This document shows, in pieces, positions 28,960-38,779 of a stretch of DNA of 64,000 nucleotides (within the stretch, counting starts at the first letter, position 1; every line of letters begins with the position of its first letter). Position numbers and translations under genes: made by a program. Source of the DNA: Betaproteobacteria bacterium (GTDB taxonomy: Bacteria > Pseudomonadota > Gammaproteobacteria > Burkholderiales > SG8-41). Under the pieces are notes generated by a model. That model saw only the letters and a program-made list of their open reading frames with translations, made no database searches and had not been told where the DNA came from. The stretch is from contig JAKFYK010000085.1 of the NCBI GenBank assembly GCA_021730905.1, positions 6,884 to 70,883 on the forward strand, given 5' to 3'.

Positions 28960-30048
28960 TCAGGTATTCTGCACCACGATTTTCGGAAATGCCGCCGAGT
29001 GATCCTGTTGCTTCTCAGCGATTTTCACCGCCACACGGCGCGCAATTTGTTTATAGATTTGCGACGCGCGTCCGTCTGGATCGGCCACCACGGTGGGCGT
29101 GCCGGAATCGGCCTGCTCGCGAATGTGAATATCCAATGGCAGCGAACCCAGCAATTCCATATCGTAATCCTTGCCCATCTTCGCACCGCCGCCTTCGCCG
29201 AAAATGCGTTCTTCGTGGCCGCAATTCGAGCACACATGAATTGACATGTTCTCAACAATGCCGAGGATGGGAATACTCACCTTCTCGAACATCTTCAGCC
29301 CTTTGCGCGCATCGATCAGCGCGATGTCCTGCGGCGTGGTGACGATAATCGCGCCGGTCACCGGCACGCGCTGCGCCAGTGTGAGTTGAATATCGCCGGT
29401 GCCCGGTGGCAGATCGACAATCAGGTAATCCACATCGCGCCACTTGGTTTCGTTGAGCAATTGCTCCAGCGCCTGTGTCACCATCGGGCCGCGCCACACC
29501 ATCGGCGTTTCAACATCGATCAAAAACCCGATCGACATCGCCTGTATGCCGTGACCTTCCATCGGCTCCAGCGATTTGTTGTCCTTGGAAACCGGTTTAC
29601 CGCTAATGCCCAGCATCATCGGCTGCGACGGGCCGTAGATATCGGCATCGAGTACGCCGACCGTCGCACCCTCGGCTGCCAGCGCCAACGCGAGATTCAC
29701 CGCCGTCGTGCTCTTGCCCACGCCACCCTTGCCCGACGCAACCGCGATGATGTTCTTCACACCCGGCACCAGTTTCACGCCGCGCTGCACCGCATGTTTG
29801 ATAATGTTCATGGTGACGCTCACCGACACGTTGCCCATGCCCGGCAGCGTTTTCAGCCTGGCGATGATTTCGTCGCGTATCGGCGCAAGCTGGCTTTTTG
29901 CCGGATAGCCGAGCTGCACATCCAGCGTCACATTGTTGCCATCCACCTTGATGTTGCGCGCGGACTTGCTGGTGATGTAATCCTTGTGCGTATTGGGATC
30001 GACGAGCGTTTGCAGTGCGTCTTTGACCTGCTGTTCGGTGATGGCCAT
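28960..30048 (-). CDS. apbC: Iron-sulfur cluster carrier protein ApbC/Mrp
   Basis: SGKGGVGKST, DADIYGPS, DLPPGTGD, ENMS...CSNC. Confidence 0.96.
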   Translation of the reverse strand: MAITEQQVKDALQTLVDPNTHKDYITSKSARNIKVDGNNVTLDVQLGYPAKSQLAPIRDEIIARLKTLPGMGNVSVSVTMNIIKHAVQRGVKLVPGVKNIIAVASGKGGVGKSTTAVNLALALAAEGATVGVLDADIYGPSQPMMLGISGKPVSKDNKSLEPMEGHGIQAMSIGFLIDVETPMVWRGPMVTQALEQLLNETKWRDVDYLIVDLPPGTGDIQLTLAQRVPVTGAIIVTTPQDIALIDARKGLKMFEKVSIPILGIVENMSIHVCSNCGHEERIFGEGGGAKMGKDYDMELLGSLPLDIHIREQADSGTPTVVADPDGRASQIYKQIARRVAVKIAEKQQDHSAAFPKIVVQNT

Positions 30049-30201
30049 GTGCGTATTTTCCGGTTTGCGGTGAGCTGAACTGAGGGCGGAATTGTAATGA
30101 GAATTGCCCGTCGCGTGTGATTTACTGTAAGGGAATTACGGCGGGATTTGTTACAATTCAAGCTCTTAGCCAAGCCCGCCGCCACCCCGTCTGTATTTAC
30201 C

Positions 30202-32289
30202 ATGACCCAGCGCCGCATATTCGTCACTACCGCTCTGCCCTACGCCAACGGCGCGTTCCATATCGGGCACATCATGGAGTACATCCAGGCCGATATCTGG
30301 GTGCGCTTCCAGCGCATGCAGGGGCACGAAGTTCACTTCGTCGGTGCCGACGACGCGCACGGCGCGCCGATCATGATTGCCGCCGAAAAAGCGGGCAAGA
30401 CGCCACAGGAATTTGTGGCTGACATCTCGGCAGGCCGCAAACAGTATCTCGACGGCTTTCATATCCAATTCGACAACTGGCATTCCACCGAATCGCCCGA
30501 AAACACCGAACTGTCGCAGGATATTTACCGGCGACTCACGCAAGCCGGCCTGATTTATAAAAAACCCGTTGAGCAACATTTCGATCCGGTCAAAGGCATG
30601 TTCCTTGCCGACCGTTACATCAAAGGCGAGTGCCCGAAATGCCACGCGAAGGATCAGTACGGCGACGCCTGCGAAGTATGCAGTTCGGTGTACGCGCCGA
30701 CGGAATTGATCAATCCCTACTCAACGCTCTCTGGCGCGACGCCGGTGCTGAAAACGTCTGACCATTATTTCTTCAAACTCTCCGATGAAAAATGCATTGC
30801 CTACTTGAGAAAGTGGCTCGACGAACCGGGCCGCCTGCAGCCGCAAGTCGCCAACAAAGCGCGTGAATGGCTCGAAGGCAAAGATGATCAAAAGCTCGGC
30901 GATTGGGATATCTCTCGCGACGCGCCCTACTTTGGCATCCCGATTCCCGATGCGCCGGGTAAATATTTTTACGTGTGGCTGGATGCGCCGATCGGCTATC
31001 TCGCCAGTTTCAAGAACTACTGCGCGAAAGCGGGTATCGATTTCGAGAAATTCCTTGCTGATCCGCAAACAGAGCAGATTCATTTCATCGGCAAGGACAT
31101 CATCTACTTCCACACGCTGTTCTGGCCGGCGATGCTGGAATTTGCTGGCAAGCCCTACAAGACGTCAAAACTTTACGTTTATGTGCACGGCTTTATTCAG
31201 TTAGGTGGGGAAAAGATGTCCAAGTCGCGCGGCACTGGCCTCAGTCCGCTGCGCTATCTGGATGTCGGCATGAATTCGGAGTGGCTGCGCTATTACATCG
31301 CGGCAAAGCTTAATGGCTCGGTTGAGGATATCGATTTCAACCCTGATGACTTTATGGCGCGGGTGAATAGCGATTTGGTTGGTAAGTATGTGAATATTGC
31401 TAGTCGAGCGGCAGGATTTATTGCAAAACAATTCGATGGCGTACTGGATTTCCCAGATGAAGCGGAATCAGTAACCGTCGAACGACTGGCGCGCCTTCAA
31501 TTTGAACTCGACACAATCCGAGATTTCTATGAGCGACGGGAATTTGGACAGGCCGTTCGTCATATCATGGGCTTAGCAGATAGAGTTAACCAGTCATTCG
31601 ACGCTGCAAAGCCATGGGTACTCGCAAGAGACTCATCCAAGGCAAAAGAGCTTCACGGAGTATGCTCAAGAGCAATCGAAGCGTTTCACGCATTGACAGT
31701 CAGTCTCGCACCTATTCTGCCACGGACGGCCAGCATTGCATTCCGGGATTTTCTCAAGTTTGAAGAAAAACCAATATGGAAAGCGCATAACTTCCGACAA
31801 CACCGTATCGGTAGTTATCAACACTTGTCAAATCGCGTTGAGGAAAAACAACTTGATGCGTTATTTGAAATTCCAAAGGATACAAAACCAGTGACCGCAT
31901 CTACACCGCACGCCACCTCTCCCTCAAAAACCGAAGCAACTGCGAGCGTCGCCAGCGCCACGCACATTTCCATCGACGACTTCGCCAAGGTCGATCTTCG
32001 CATCGCAAAAATCACCAACGCCGAACACGTCGAAGGCGCCGACAAGCTGCTGAAGCTCACGCTCGATGTCGGCGTGCTCGGCACGCGCCAGGTGTTCGCC
32101 GGTATCAAGTCGGCTTATGACCCGGCGACACTGATCGGCAAACACACTGTCGTTGTCGCCAATCTCACGCCGCGCAAGATGAAGTTCGGCCTGTCGGAAG
32201 GCATGATCCTCGCCGCGAGCGGAGATTCACCTGGGCTGTTCCTGCTCTCGCCCGACAGCGGCGCGCAGCCCGGCATGAAAGTTAAGTAA
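30202..32289 (+). CDS. metG: Methionine--tRNA ligase
   Basis: [15 protein letters not shown], Zn knuckle CPKC...CEVC, KMSKS, C-terminal tRNA-binding domain. Start moved to ATG 30202. Confidence 0.98.
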   Translation: MTQRRIFVTTALPYANGAFHIGHIMEYIQADIWVRFQRMQGHEVHFVGADDAHGAPIMIAAEKAGKTPQEFVADISAGRKQYLDGFHIQFDNWHSTESPENTELSQDIYRRLTQAGLIYKKPVEQHFDPVKGMFLADRYIKGECPKCHAKDQYGDACEVCSSVYAPTELINPYSTLSGATPVLKTSDHYFFKLSDEKCIAYLRKWLDEPGRLQPQVANKAREWLEGKDDQKLGDWDISRDAPYFGIPIPDAPGKYFYVWLDAPIGYLASFKNYCAKAGIDFEKFLADPQTEQIHFIGKDIIYFHTLFWPAMLEFAGKPYKTSKLYVYVHGFIQLGGEKMSKSRGTGLSPLRYLDVGMNSEWLRYYIAAKLNGSVEDIDFNPDDFMARVNSDLVGKYVNIASRAAGFIAKQFDGVLDFPDEAESVTVERLARLQFELDTIRDFYERREFGQAVRHIMGLADRVNQSFDAAKPWVLARDSSKAKELHGVCSRAIEAFHALTVSLAPILPRTASIAFRDFLKFEEKPIWKAHNFRQHRIGSYQHLSNRVEEKQLDALFEIPKDTKPVTASTPHATSPSKTEATASVASATHISIDDFAKVDLRIAKITNAEHVEGADKLLKLTLDVGVLGTRQVFAGIKSAYDPATLIGKHTVVVANLTPRKMKFGLSEGMILAASGDSPGLFLLSPDSGAQPGMKVK

Positions 32290-32343
32290 CGCAAGTGAGT
32301 AACGTAAGTATTTGTTTTTATTTATTTTTAAAATTTTGCCACA

Positions 32344-33453
32344 ATGAAAATTCACAGCGTTGAAACGATCGCCATCGATATTCCGCTGAAGCAAAATTTC
32401 GGCGGCTCGACCTACAGCGTGCTGAAACGCAGCACGGTGATCACGCGGCTGCGCACGAAAGACGGTCTTACCAGCAACGTCTACAACGGCGACAACCGCA
32501 GCCACGCCGGAGAGATTGCGCGCATGGTGCGCGACGACTTATTTCCGCTGGTGAAGGGCATGGGCATTTTCGAGTACGAGCGCATCTGGGAAAAGCTGTT
32601 CGCGCTCACTACCGCGCAGGGCGACCGCAAGATTCTGATGGAAGCCATTTCCTGCATCGATTGCGCGATCTGGGACCTGATCGGCAAGGCGCGCGGCCAA
32701 AGCGTGCGCGAATTACTTGGCGGCTATCGTGACACGCTGCCAATTATTTCCATCGGCGGTTATTACATGCCGGGCAAAAAGCTCGCCGACTTCGGCAAGG
32801 AAGTCGAGTCGTACCGCAAAGCCGGCATGGCGGGTTGCAAGTTCAAGGTCGGTGGCCTGTCACCGGAAGACGATGCCAAGCGCGTTGCGGTCGCGCGCAA
32901 GGCTGTGGGCAATGACTTCATGCTGTGCGTCGATGCCAATCGCGGCTGGAACGCGCAGGACGCAATCCGATTTGCGGGCTTGATCGAGCATCTGAACATC
33001 GCGTGGTTTGAAGAGCCCTGCCACTGGTACGACGATGCAGCGATGATGGCGCGCGTGCGGCGCGCGATTCGCATGCCGGTCACCGCCGGCCAGAGCGAAA
33101 TCACTTGTCAAGGCGTGCGCCGCCTGCTGGACGCCGGTGCGGTGGACTACGTGAACTACGATGTGTCTGAAGGCGGCGGTGTCACCGACTGGCGGCGCGT
33201 GGCCGGGTTGTGCGCCACCGCCGGCGTGCAAATGGCGCATCACGAAGAATCGCAGATCGCATCGCAACTGCTGGCCGCTGTGCCACACGGCACTTACGCC
33301 GAATGCTTCGCGCATCCCGACCGTGATCCGGTGTGGCAGCATATGTGGGTGAATCGCCCGCCAGCGAAAAACGGATTATTCAAGGTATTGAACAAACCGG
33401 GCTTCGGCATCGAACTCGACGAAAAAATGGTGACACGCTACCGCGTCGCGTGA
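32344..33453 (+). CDS. Mandelate racemase/muconate lactonizing enzyme family protein
   Basis: IDCAIWDLIGK..G, KFKVG, VDANRGW, WFEEP, PGFGIELD. Confidence 0.9.
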   Translation: MKIHSVETIAIDIPLKQNFGGSTYSVLKRSTVITRLRTKDGLTSNVYNGDNRSHAGEIARMVRDDLFPLVKGMGIFEYERIWEKLFALTTAQGDRKILMEAISCIDCAIWDLIGKARGQSVRELLGGYRDTLPIISIGGYYMPGKKLADFGKEVESYRKAGMAGCKFKVGGLSPEDDAKRVAVARKAVGNDFMLCVDANRGWNAQDAIRFAGLIEHLNIAWFEEPCHWYDDAAMMARVRRAIRMPVTAGQSEITCQGVRRLLDAGAVDYVNYDVSEGGGVTDWRRVAGLCATAGVQMAHHEESQIASQLLAAVPHGTYAECFAHPDRDPVWQHMWVNRPPAKNGLFKVLNKPGFGIELDEKMVTRYRVA

Positions 33454-33511
33454 CACGCAATTCGTACAATTCGTTGCACGACTGAATCAACAACAAAAGG
33501 AAAACCATCTG

Positions 33512-34507
33512 ATGAGATCCATCGACATCCACGCCCACATCATCCCCGGTTCTCTGTGGAAGGCCGCCGACGCCGGCAAGGAATGGTTCGGCTACCGCCA
33601 TGAGCCCGGCGAAGGCCTCGGCACCATCGTGGGCGGCGGCATGCGCACCAACTTTACCTCGCCGAAGGTGCGCTACACCATCGCGGAACGGCTGAAGGAC
33701 ATGGATGAACAGAAGGTGGATGTGCAGGTGCTGTCGACACATATGCCGTTCGTCGGCTATCACCTTGACGCCGCACAGGGGCTAGCACTCGCGCGCGACG
33801 TAAACGACGAGATCGCCGCGGCAGTGCGCCAGGAACCGAAGCGCCTTGCCGGCCTCGCCACGCTGCCCGCGCAGGACGTCAAGTCTGCCATCGACGAACT
33901 GGAGCGCTCCGTGACTAAACTCGGACTGAAGGGCGCGACGCTCGACACGCAGGTAAACGGCGATCAATGGGATGATCCGAAGTTTCTGCCGCTGTTCAAA
34001 GCCGCCGAGCAGATGGGCGCGATGCTGTTTTTCCATCCGCAGCCGCAGAACAACTTCCTCGCGCAGCGGACGAAAAAACACGGATTGTTCAACAGCCTCG
34101 GCGTCATCCTCGACGATGCGATCGTCGCCGCGATCCTGATTTGCGGTGGCGTACTCGAAGCCTGTCCGAAAGTACGCATCTGCATCGCCCATGGCGGCGG
34201 CCCGACCTGCTACGCGATGGGCCGACTCGACCGCGGCTGGCACGGACGTCCCGAGTCGCGCGCTACGCCCAAACCGCCAAGCGCGTACCAGAAACAGCTT
34301 TACTACGACACCGTCACCGGCAGCGAAGAGGCGCTGCGCTTCCTGATCGATCAGGTGGGCGCCGACCGCGTGGTACTCGGCAGCGACTGGCCGTTTGTGC
34401 CGTGGCATCCTTCGCCTTCTGCATGGGTGCAGGGCTTGAAGTCACTCACGCAGGACGAGAAAGAAAAGATTTTGTCGGGCAACCTGGAGTCGTTGCTGGG
34501 ACTGTAA
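33512..34507 (+). CDS. Amidohydrolase_2 family protein (ACMSD-like decarboxylase/hydratase)
   Basis: IDIHAH, FFHP, IAHGGG, LYYDT, LGSDWPF. Confidence 0.88.
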   Translation: MRSIDIHAHIIPGSLWKAADAGKEWFGYRHEPGEGLGTIVGGGMRTNFTSPKVRYTIAERLKDMDEQKVDVQVLSTHMPFVGYHLDAAQGLALARDVNDEIAAAVRQEPKRLAGLATLPAQDVKSAIDELERSVTKLGLKGATLDTQVNGDQWDDPKFLPLFKAAEQMGAMLFFHPQPQNNFLAQRTKKHGLFNSLGVILDDAIVAAILICGGVLEACPKVRICIAHGGGPTCYAMGRLDRGWHGRPESRATPKPPSAYQKQLYYDTVTGSEEALRFLIDQVGADRVVLGSDWPFVPWHPSPSAWVQGLKSLTQDEKEKILSGNLESLLGL

Positions 34508-34555
34508 GCGGCTGAACCTGCCGTTCGATCCGGCGATGCGGGCAACTGTGACGAT

Positions 34556-35071
34556 TCAATCCCTTTTCATGCTGATCGCCGTCAGTATTCCCTGCATCAA
34601 TGCGAATGGCGTCGGCGGACAACCGGGCACGGCCACATCCACCGGAATCACATTCGACACGCGCCCGCGGCTGGCGTAGTTCTCGCCAAAGATGCCGCCG
34701 CAACACCCGCAGTCGCCGACCGCCACCACCAGTTTGGGATCGGGCGTGGCGTCGTAGGTGCGCTTCAGCGCCACTTCCATGTTACGCGACACCGGGCCTG
34801 TTACCAGCAGCATGTCCGCGTGGCGCGGACTGGCCACGAATTTAATGCCTAATCCTTCGAGATTGTAGTACGGACAATTCAACTGGTTGATCTCCAGTTC
34901 GCAGCCGTTGCACGAACCGGCATCAACATGGCGTATCGCCAGCGATCCGTGAAAACGTTCCAGCACCGCCGCCTGCAAACGGTCTACCGTCACGCGCAGC
35001 GCGTCATCCGGCAGCGGATAGGCTTCGGTCTTGATGCCGGTTTTGACGATCTGCTTGAATATGCGCAACAC
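34556..35071 (-). CDS. Ehr/Hyf small Fe-S subunit (NuoB/HyfI-like)
   Basis: VDAGSCNGCELE, SPRHAD, VGDCGCCGG, PGCPP. Confidence 0.9.
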   Translation of the reverse strand: MLRIFKQIVKTGIKTEAYPLPDDALRVTVDRLQAAVLERFHGSLAIRHVDAGSCNGCELEINQLNCPYYNLEGLGIKFVASPRHADMLLVTGPVSRNMEVALKRTYDATPDPKLVVAVGDCGCCGGIFGENYASRGRVSNVIPVDVAVPGCPPTPFALMQGILTAISMKRD

Positions 35072-35072
35072 G

Positions 35073-36647
35073 TCAGAGGTCCTGTCCCGCGTAGCTCAGG
35101 TTAAACGACTTATTGATCAGCGGAAAATCCGGCACGATGTTGCCGAGCACCGCGTGTTCCAGCAGTGGCCAGTTGTGCCACGACGGATCGCGCGGATGCA
35201 GCCGCGCGATGCGGCCTTCGCTGCCGGTTTCCAGCGCAACAAATACGTCGCCGCGCCAGCCTTCGACCCAGCCGATGCCGAGCTTGCCCGCCGGCGGTGT
35301 CGGAACCGGCACAACAATTTCGCCCAGCGGCAGGCGATCCACGATCAGCCGCAGCAGGCGGATCGATTCATGAATTTCCGTGAAACGCACCACCACTCGC
35401 GCGGCTACGTCGCCCGCACTGTGATTCGCGATCTTCACCTCAAGTTCGCGATAAGGCGTACAGGGATGCGTCACGCGCACGTCACATGCCTGCCCGCTCG
35501 CGCGCGCGGCCTGTCCAATCAAACCCAGCCGCGCGGCGAGTTCCGGCGTCACGCATCCGCAATCGACGAAACGGTCCTGCAACCCCGCGTGTTCGTCGTA
35601 GATGCGCTGCATGCGCCGCACGGTTTCTTCAATACGCGCGCATTCGTCACGCACACGCGTAACCCCGTCGTCGGGAAAGTCCCGTGCGACGCCGCCCGGC
35701 ACCATCACGTCCATCAGATAGCGATGGCCGAACAACGCTTGATTCAGCCGCAATACGTCTTCTTTCAGTATCAAGAATTGCGATAAACCGAATGCCAGCC
35801 CCGCGTCGTTGCCGAGAAAACCGAGGTCACCGAGATGATTGGCGATGCGCTCGCGCTCCAGCAGCAATGCGCGCAGCCACAGGGCACGCGGCGGCGGCGT
35901 GATGTCCGCCGCGCTTTCCACTGCCATCGCATACGCCCAGCCGAACGCCGCGGCGGAATCGCCTGACACGCGCGCCGCGAGCTTCGCGCCTTCCGCCAGC
36001 GACATCTGCTCGAAACGCTTTTCGATGCCCTTGTGCTTGTAGCCGAGGCGCTGCTCAAGGCGCAGCACGCGCTCGCCGACGATGGAAAAGCGGAAATGTC
36101 CCGGCTCTATGGTGCCCGCATGCACCGGGCCAACGGGGATTTCATGCACGCCGTCGCCGCTCACCTGCACGAACGGGTAAGCATCGGAAGGTGCTGTTAC
36201 GGCTATAAATTCTTCTTTTTTAACAAATACTTGCGTATCACCCACCTCTGCCGATTTACGCAGCGGAAATTCATCTTCGCGCCACCCGGTATGGCGCAAC
36301 CACTTGCGTTCATCCGCCGCACCTGTGGCGATCAACCCCAGCAGATCACGCGTTGCGCGCTGCATGCGGTTCGCTGCGGGAAACAAATCAGAAATGTCCG
36401 GATAAGCCATATCCGCCAACGGCAGCGTAATCACCGCCAGTTCCGTCCCGGCGACGAGTGCGGCATGCACGGCATAGCCGCCTGCCGTCTGCGTGTAATC
36501 GGAGCCCCACAGCGCCACCAGCCGCCCGCCGCCTACAACCGTCTGTTCGCACAGCGCGCGCCACTGCTGCGCATCCACGCGCGCATGGCGGATGCTGAAG
36601 GCAGCATGCAGCGCGTCAAATGCAATATCGGATGCATCGGTACTCAT
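35073..36647 (-). CDS. Ehr/Hyf large subunit (NuoCD/HyfG-like) lacking NiFe-binding cysteines
   Basis: VGPVHAGTIEPGHFRF, GYKHKGIEK, RVSGDS in place of RxCGxC, C-terminal DFPLINKSFNLSYAGQDL in place of DPCxxC. Confidence 0.9.
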   Translation of the reverse strand: MSTDASDIAFDALHAAFSIRHARVDAQQWRALCEQTVVGGGRLVALWGSDYTQTAGGYAVHAALVAGTELAVITLPLADMAYPDISDLFPAANRMQRATRDLLGLIATGAADERKWLRHTGWREDEFPLRKSAEVGDTQVFVKKEEFIAVTAPSDAYPFVQVSGDGVHEIPVGPVHAGTIEPGHFRFSIVGERVLRLEQRLGYKHKGIEKRFEQMSLAEGAKLAARVSGDSAAAFGWAYAMAVESAADITPPPRALWLRALLLERERIANHLGDLGFLGNDAGLAFGLSQFLILKEDVLRLNQALFGHRYLMDVMVPGGVARDFPDDGVTRVRDECARIEETVRRMQRIYDEHAGLQDRFVDCGCVTPELAARLGLIGQAARASGQACDVRVTHPCTPYRELEVKIANHSAGDVAARVVVRFTEIHESIRLLRLIVDRLPLGEIVVPVPTPPAGKLGIGWVEGWRGDVFVALETGSEGRIARLHPRDPSWHNWPLLEHAVLGNIVPDFPLINKSFNLSYAGQDL

Positions 36648-36650
36648 CGT

Positions 36651-38102
36651 TCATCCGATCAGCTTCGCCGCCGCCCGGTACCAGTCGGCAAGGTACGGCG
36701 GTATCCACAAGCCCAACATCAGCACGATGCCCAGATGCACGAACACCGGTATCAATGCCGGCGCGTGCGGCAGGCGTTTCGCGGTGGTGTCGCCGAACAC
36801 CATCGCCTGCACCCGTGAAAACATCGCGGCAAACGCCACGGCCAGCGATACCAGCAAGATCGGTGTGGCCCACGGTTGTTCGCGCATGGCGGTGGTCAAA
36901 ATCAGGAACTCGCTCGCGAACACGCCGAACGGCGGCATGCCGAGTATCGCCAGCGTGCCCAGCATCATGCCCCAGCCGATGGTGGGGTTGGTCACGATCA
37001 GGCCGCGTATCTGATCCATCACCTGCGTGCCGGTTTTCTGCGTGGCGTGGCCGACCGTGAAAAAGATTGCCGACTTGGTGAGGCTGTGCACTGTCATATG
37101 CAACAACGCTGCAAAAGTCGCCACCGGCCCGCCCATGCCGAAGGCGAACGTGGTGAGTCCCATGTGTTCAATCGATGAATATGCAAACATGCGCTTCACG
37201 TCTTTTTGCCGCGACAGAAAAAATGCCGCCACCACTACCGACAGAATGCCGAAACCCATCATCAGATTGCCGGCGAACGGCGTGCCGAGCGCGCCATCCA
37301 CCAGCACCTTGCAGCGCACGACGGCATACAAGCCAATATTAAGCAGCAGCCCCGACAGCACGGCGGAAATCGGCGTCGGGCCTTCGGCATGCGCGTCGGG
37401 CAGCCAGTTATGCAGCGGCGCCAGTCCCACCTTGGTGCCGTAACCTACGATCAGAAATACGAACGCCAACGACAACACCGTCGGCTCAAGATCACCTTTC
37501 ACCTGATTGAGATGCGTCCACAACAGCGCGTTGCCGCCGCCGCCCAGCACCTTTTCCGCTGCGAGATACAGCAATATCGTACCGAACAGCGCCTGCGCAA
37601 TGCCCACACTGCACAGAATGAAATATTTCCATGCCGCTTCGATGCTGGCCGGCGTGCGGTACAGACTTACCAGCAGCACGGTAGTCAGCGTCGCGGCCTC
37701 CAGCGCCACCCACAATATGCCCATGTTATTGGTCAGCAACACCAGCAGCATGGTGAACACGAACACCTGATACATGCAGTGATACAGCCGCAAGCGGCGC
37801 GCGGTGATCCTGCCGTGCTCCTGCTCGTTCAACATGTACGGGCGGCTGAATAATGCCGTGGTAAACGCGACAAACGTGGTGAGCGCCACCAGAAACACGT
37901 TAAACGAGTCGACAAAAAAGGCGTCGTTATACGCAAGCAGCGCACCCTCGCCGATCACGCGCGCCGCCAGCAGCGTCGAAGCGGCAAAAGTCATCAGGCT
38001 TACCAGCACATTGAGGCGCGAGGCCTGCGCGCGGTCGCCATAAAGCGCGAGCACCATCGCCCCTACCAACGGCGAACCCAGCGTAAAAACGATCTCGTTC
38101 AC
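36651..38102 (-). CDS. hyfF: HyfF-like antiporter-like membrane subunit
   Basis: EAAWKYFILC, GYGTKVGLAPLHNWLPDAHAEGPTPISA, KRMFAYSSIEH. Confidence 0.88.
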   Translation of the reverse strand: MNEIVFTLGSPLVGAMVLALYGDRAQASRLNVLVSLMTFAASTLLAARVIGEGALLAYNDAFFVDSFNVFLVALTTFVAFTTALFSRPYMLNEQEHGRITARRLRLYHCMYQVFVFTMLLVLLTNNMGILWVALEAATLTTVLLVSLYRTPASIEAAWKYFILCSVGIAQALFGTILLYLAAEKVLGGGGNALLWTHLNQVKGDLEPTVLSLAFVFLIVGYGTKVGLAPLHNWLPDAHAEGPTPISAVLSGLLLNIGLYAVVRCKVLVDGALGTPFAGNLMMGFGILSVVVAAFFLSRQKDVKRMFAYSSIEHMGLTTFAFGMGGPVATFAALLHMTVHSLTKSAIFFTVGHATQKTGTQVMDQIRGLIVTNPTIGWGMMLGTLAILGMPPFGVFASEFLILTTAMREQPWATPILLVSLAVAFAAMFSRVQAMVFGDTTAKRLPHAPALIPVFVHLGIVLMLGLWIPPYLADWYRAAAKLIG

Positions 38103-38779
38103 CGCTCGGATTCCTTGAGCTTTTCCATATGCTTCAGATCGAGACTGTCGAAAGCTTCACGCACCTGGAAAAAGAAAATACCGAGTATCAGCACACCCAC
38201 CATCACATCCAGCAGGATTCCCAGCTCAACCACCATTGGCATGCCGTACGTGGCGCTGGTCGCGGCGAAAAACAATCCGTTTTCCATCGCCAGAAAACCG
38301 ATCACCTGCGGCAGCGCTTTGCGGCGCGTAATCATCATCAGAAACGCCAGCAGCACCACCGCAATGGCAATGCCCAGCGTGCCGCGCGTAATGGTTCCAG
38401 CGAGTTGAGAAATTGGCAGTGCGAGATTGAAGGCAAACACCACCAGTACAATGCCCGCCAGCATGGTTGCAGGTATGTTAATCAGCGTCTCGACGTCCCA
38501 TGTGATGTCGAGCCGGCGGATCAGATAATGCAGAACCATCGGCAACACGATGACTTTCAGCAATATCGTGAAAAAAGCCGACACATAAAGTTCGCTGTGA
38601 CCCGTATACCAGGCGACGATCACGCTGTTGATCGCCAGCACCGCGCCCTGCCACGCAAACAGATAGATCAGCGACCGTATCCGCCGTTGCGCGAGCATCG
38701 CGAATGCGATCAGCAGCAGCAGAGATGCCATCAGATTGATCAGTTGGGCGGACATCGGCATCGCAGACATGGACATCAC
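38099..38779 (-). CDS. hyfE: HyfE-like membrane subunit
   Basis: LKVIVLP, QVIGFLAMENG, MPMVVELG, small polytopic protein. Confidence 0.85.
   Translation of the reverse strand: MMSMSAMPMSAQLINLMASLLLLIAFAMLAQRRIRSLIYLFAWQGAVLAINSVIVAWYTGHSELYVSAFFTILLKVIVLPMVLHYLIRRLDITWDVETLINIPATMLAGIVLVVFAFNLALPISQLAGTITRGTLGIAIAVVLLAFLMMITRRKALPQVIGFLAMENGLFFAATSATYGMPMVVELGILLDVMVGVLILGIFFFQVREAFDSLDLKHMEKLKESER

Noticed and set aside
33458-33475. Direct repeat CAATTCGTA CAATTCGTT between the enolase and amidohydrolase genes
   Set aside because: Only two 9-bp copies and no second occurrence noticed, so it could be chance.
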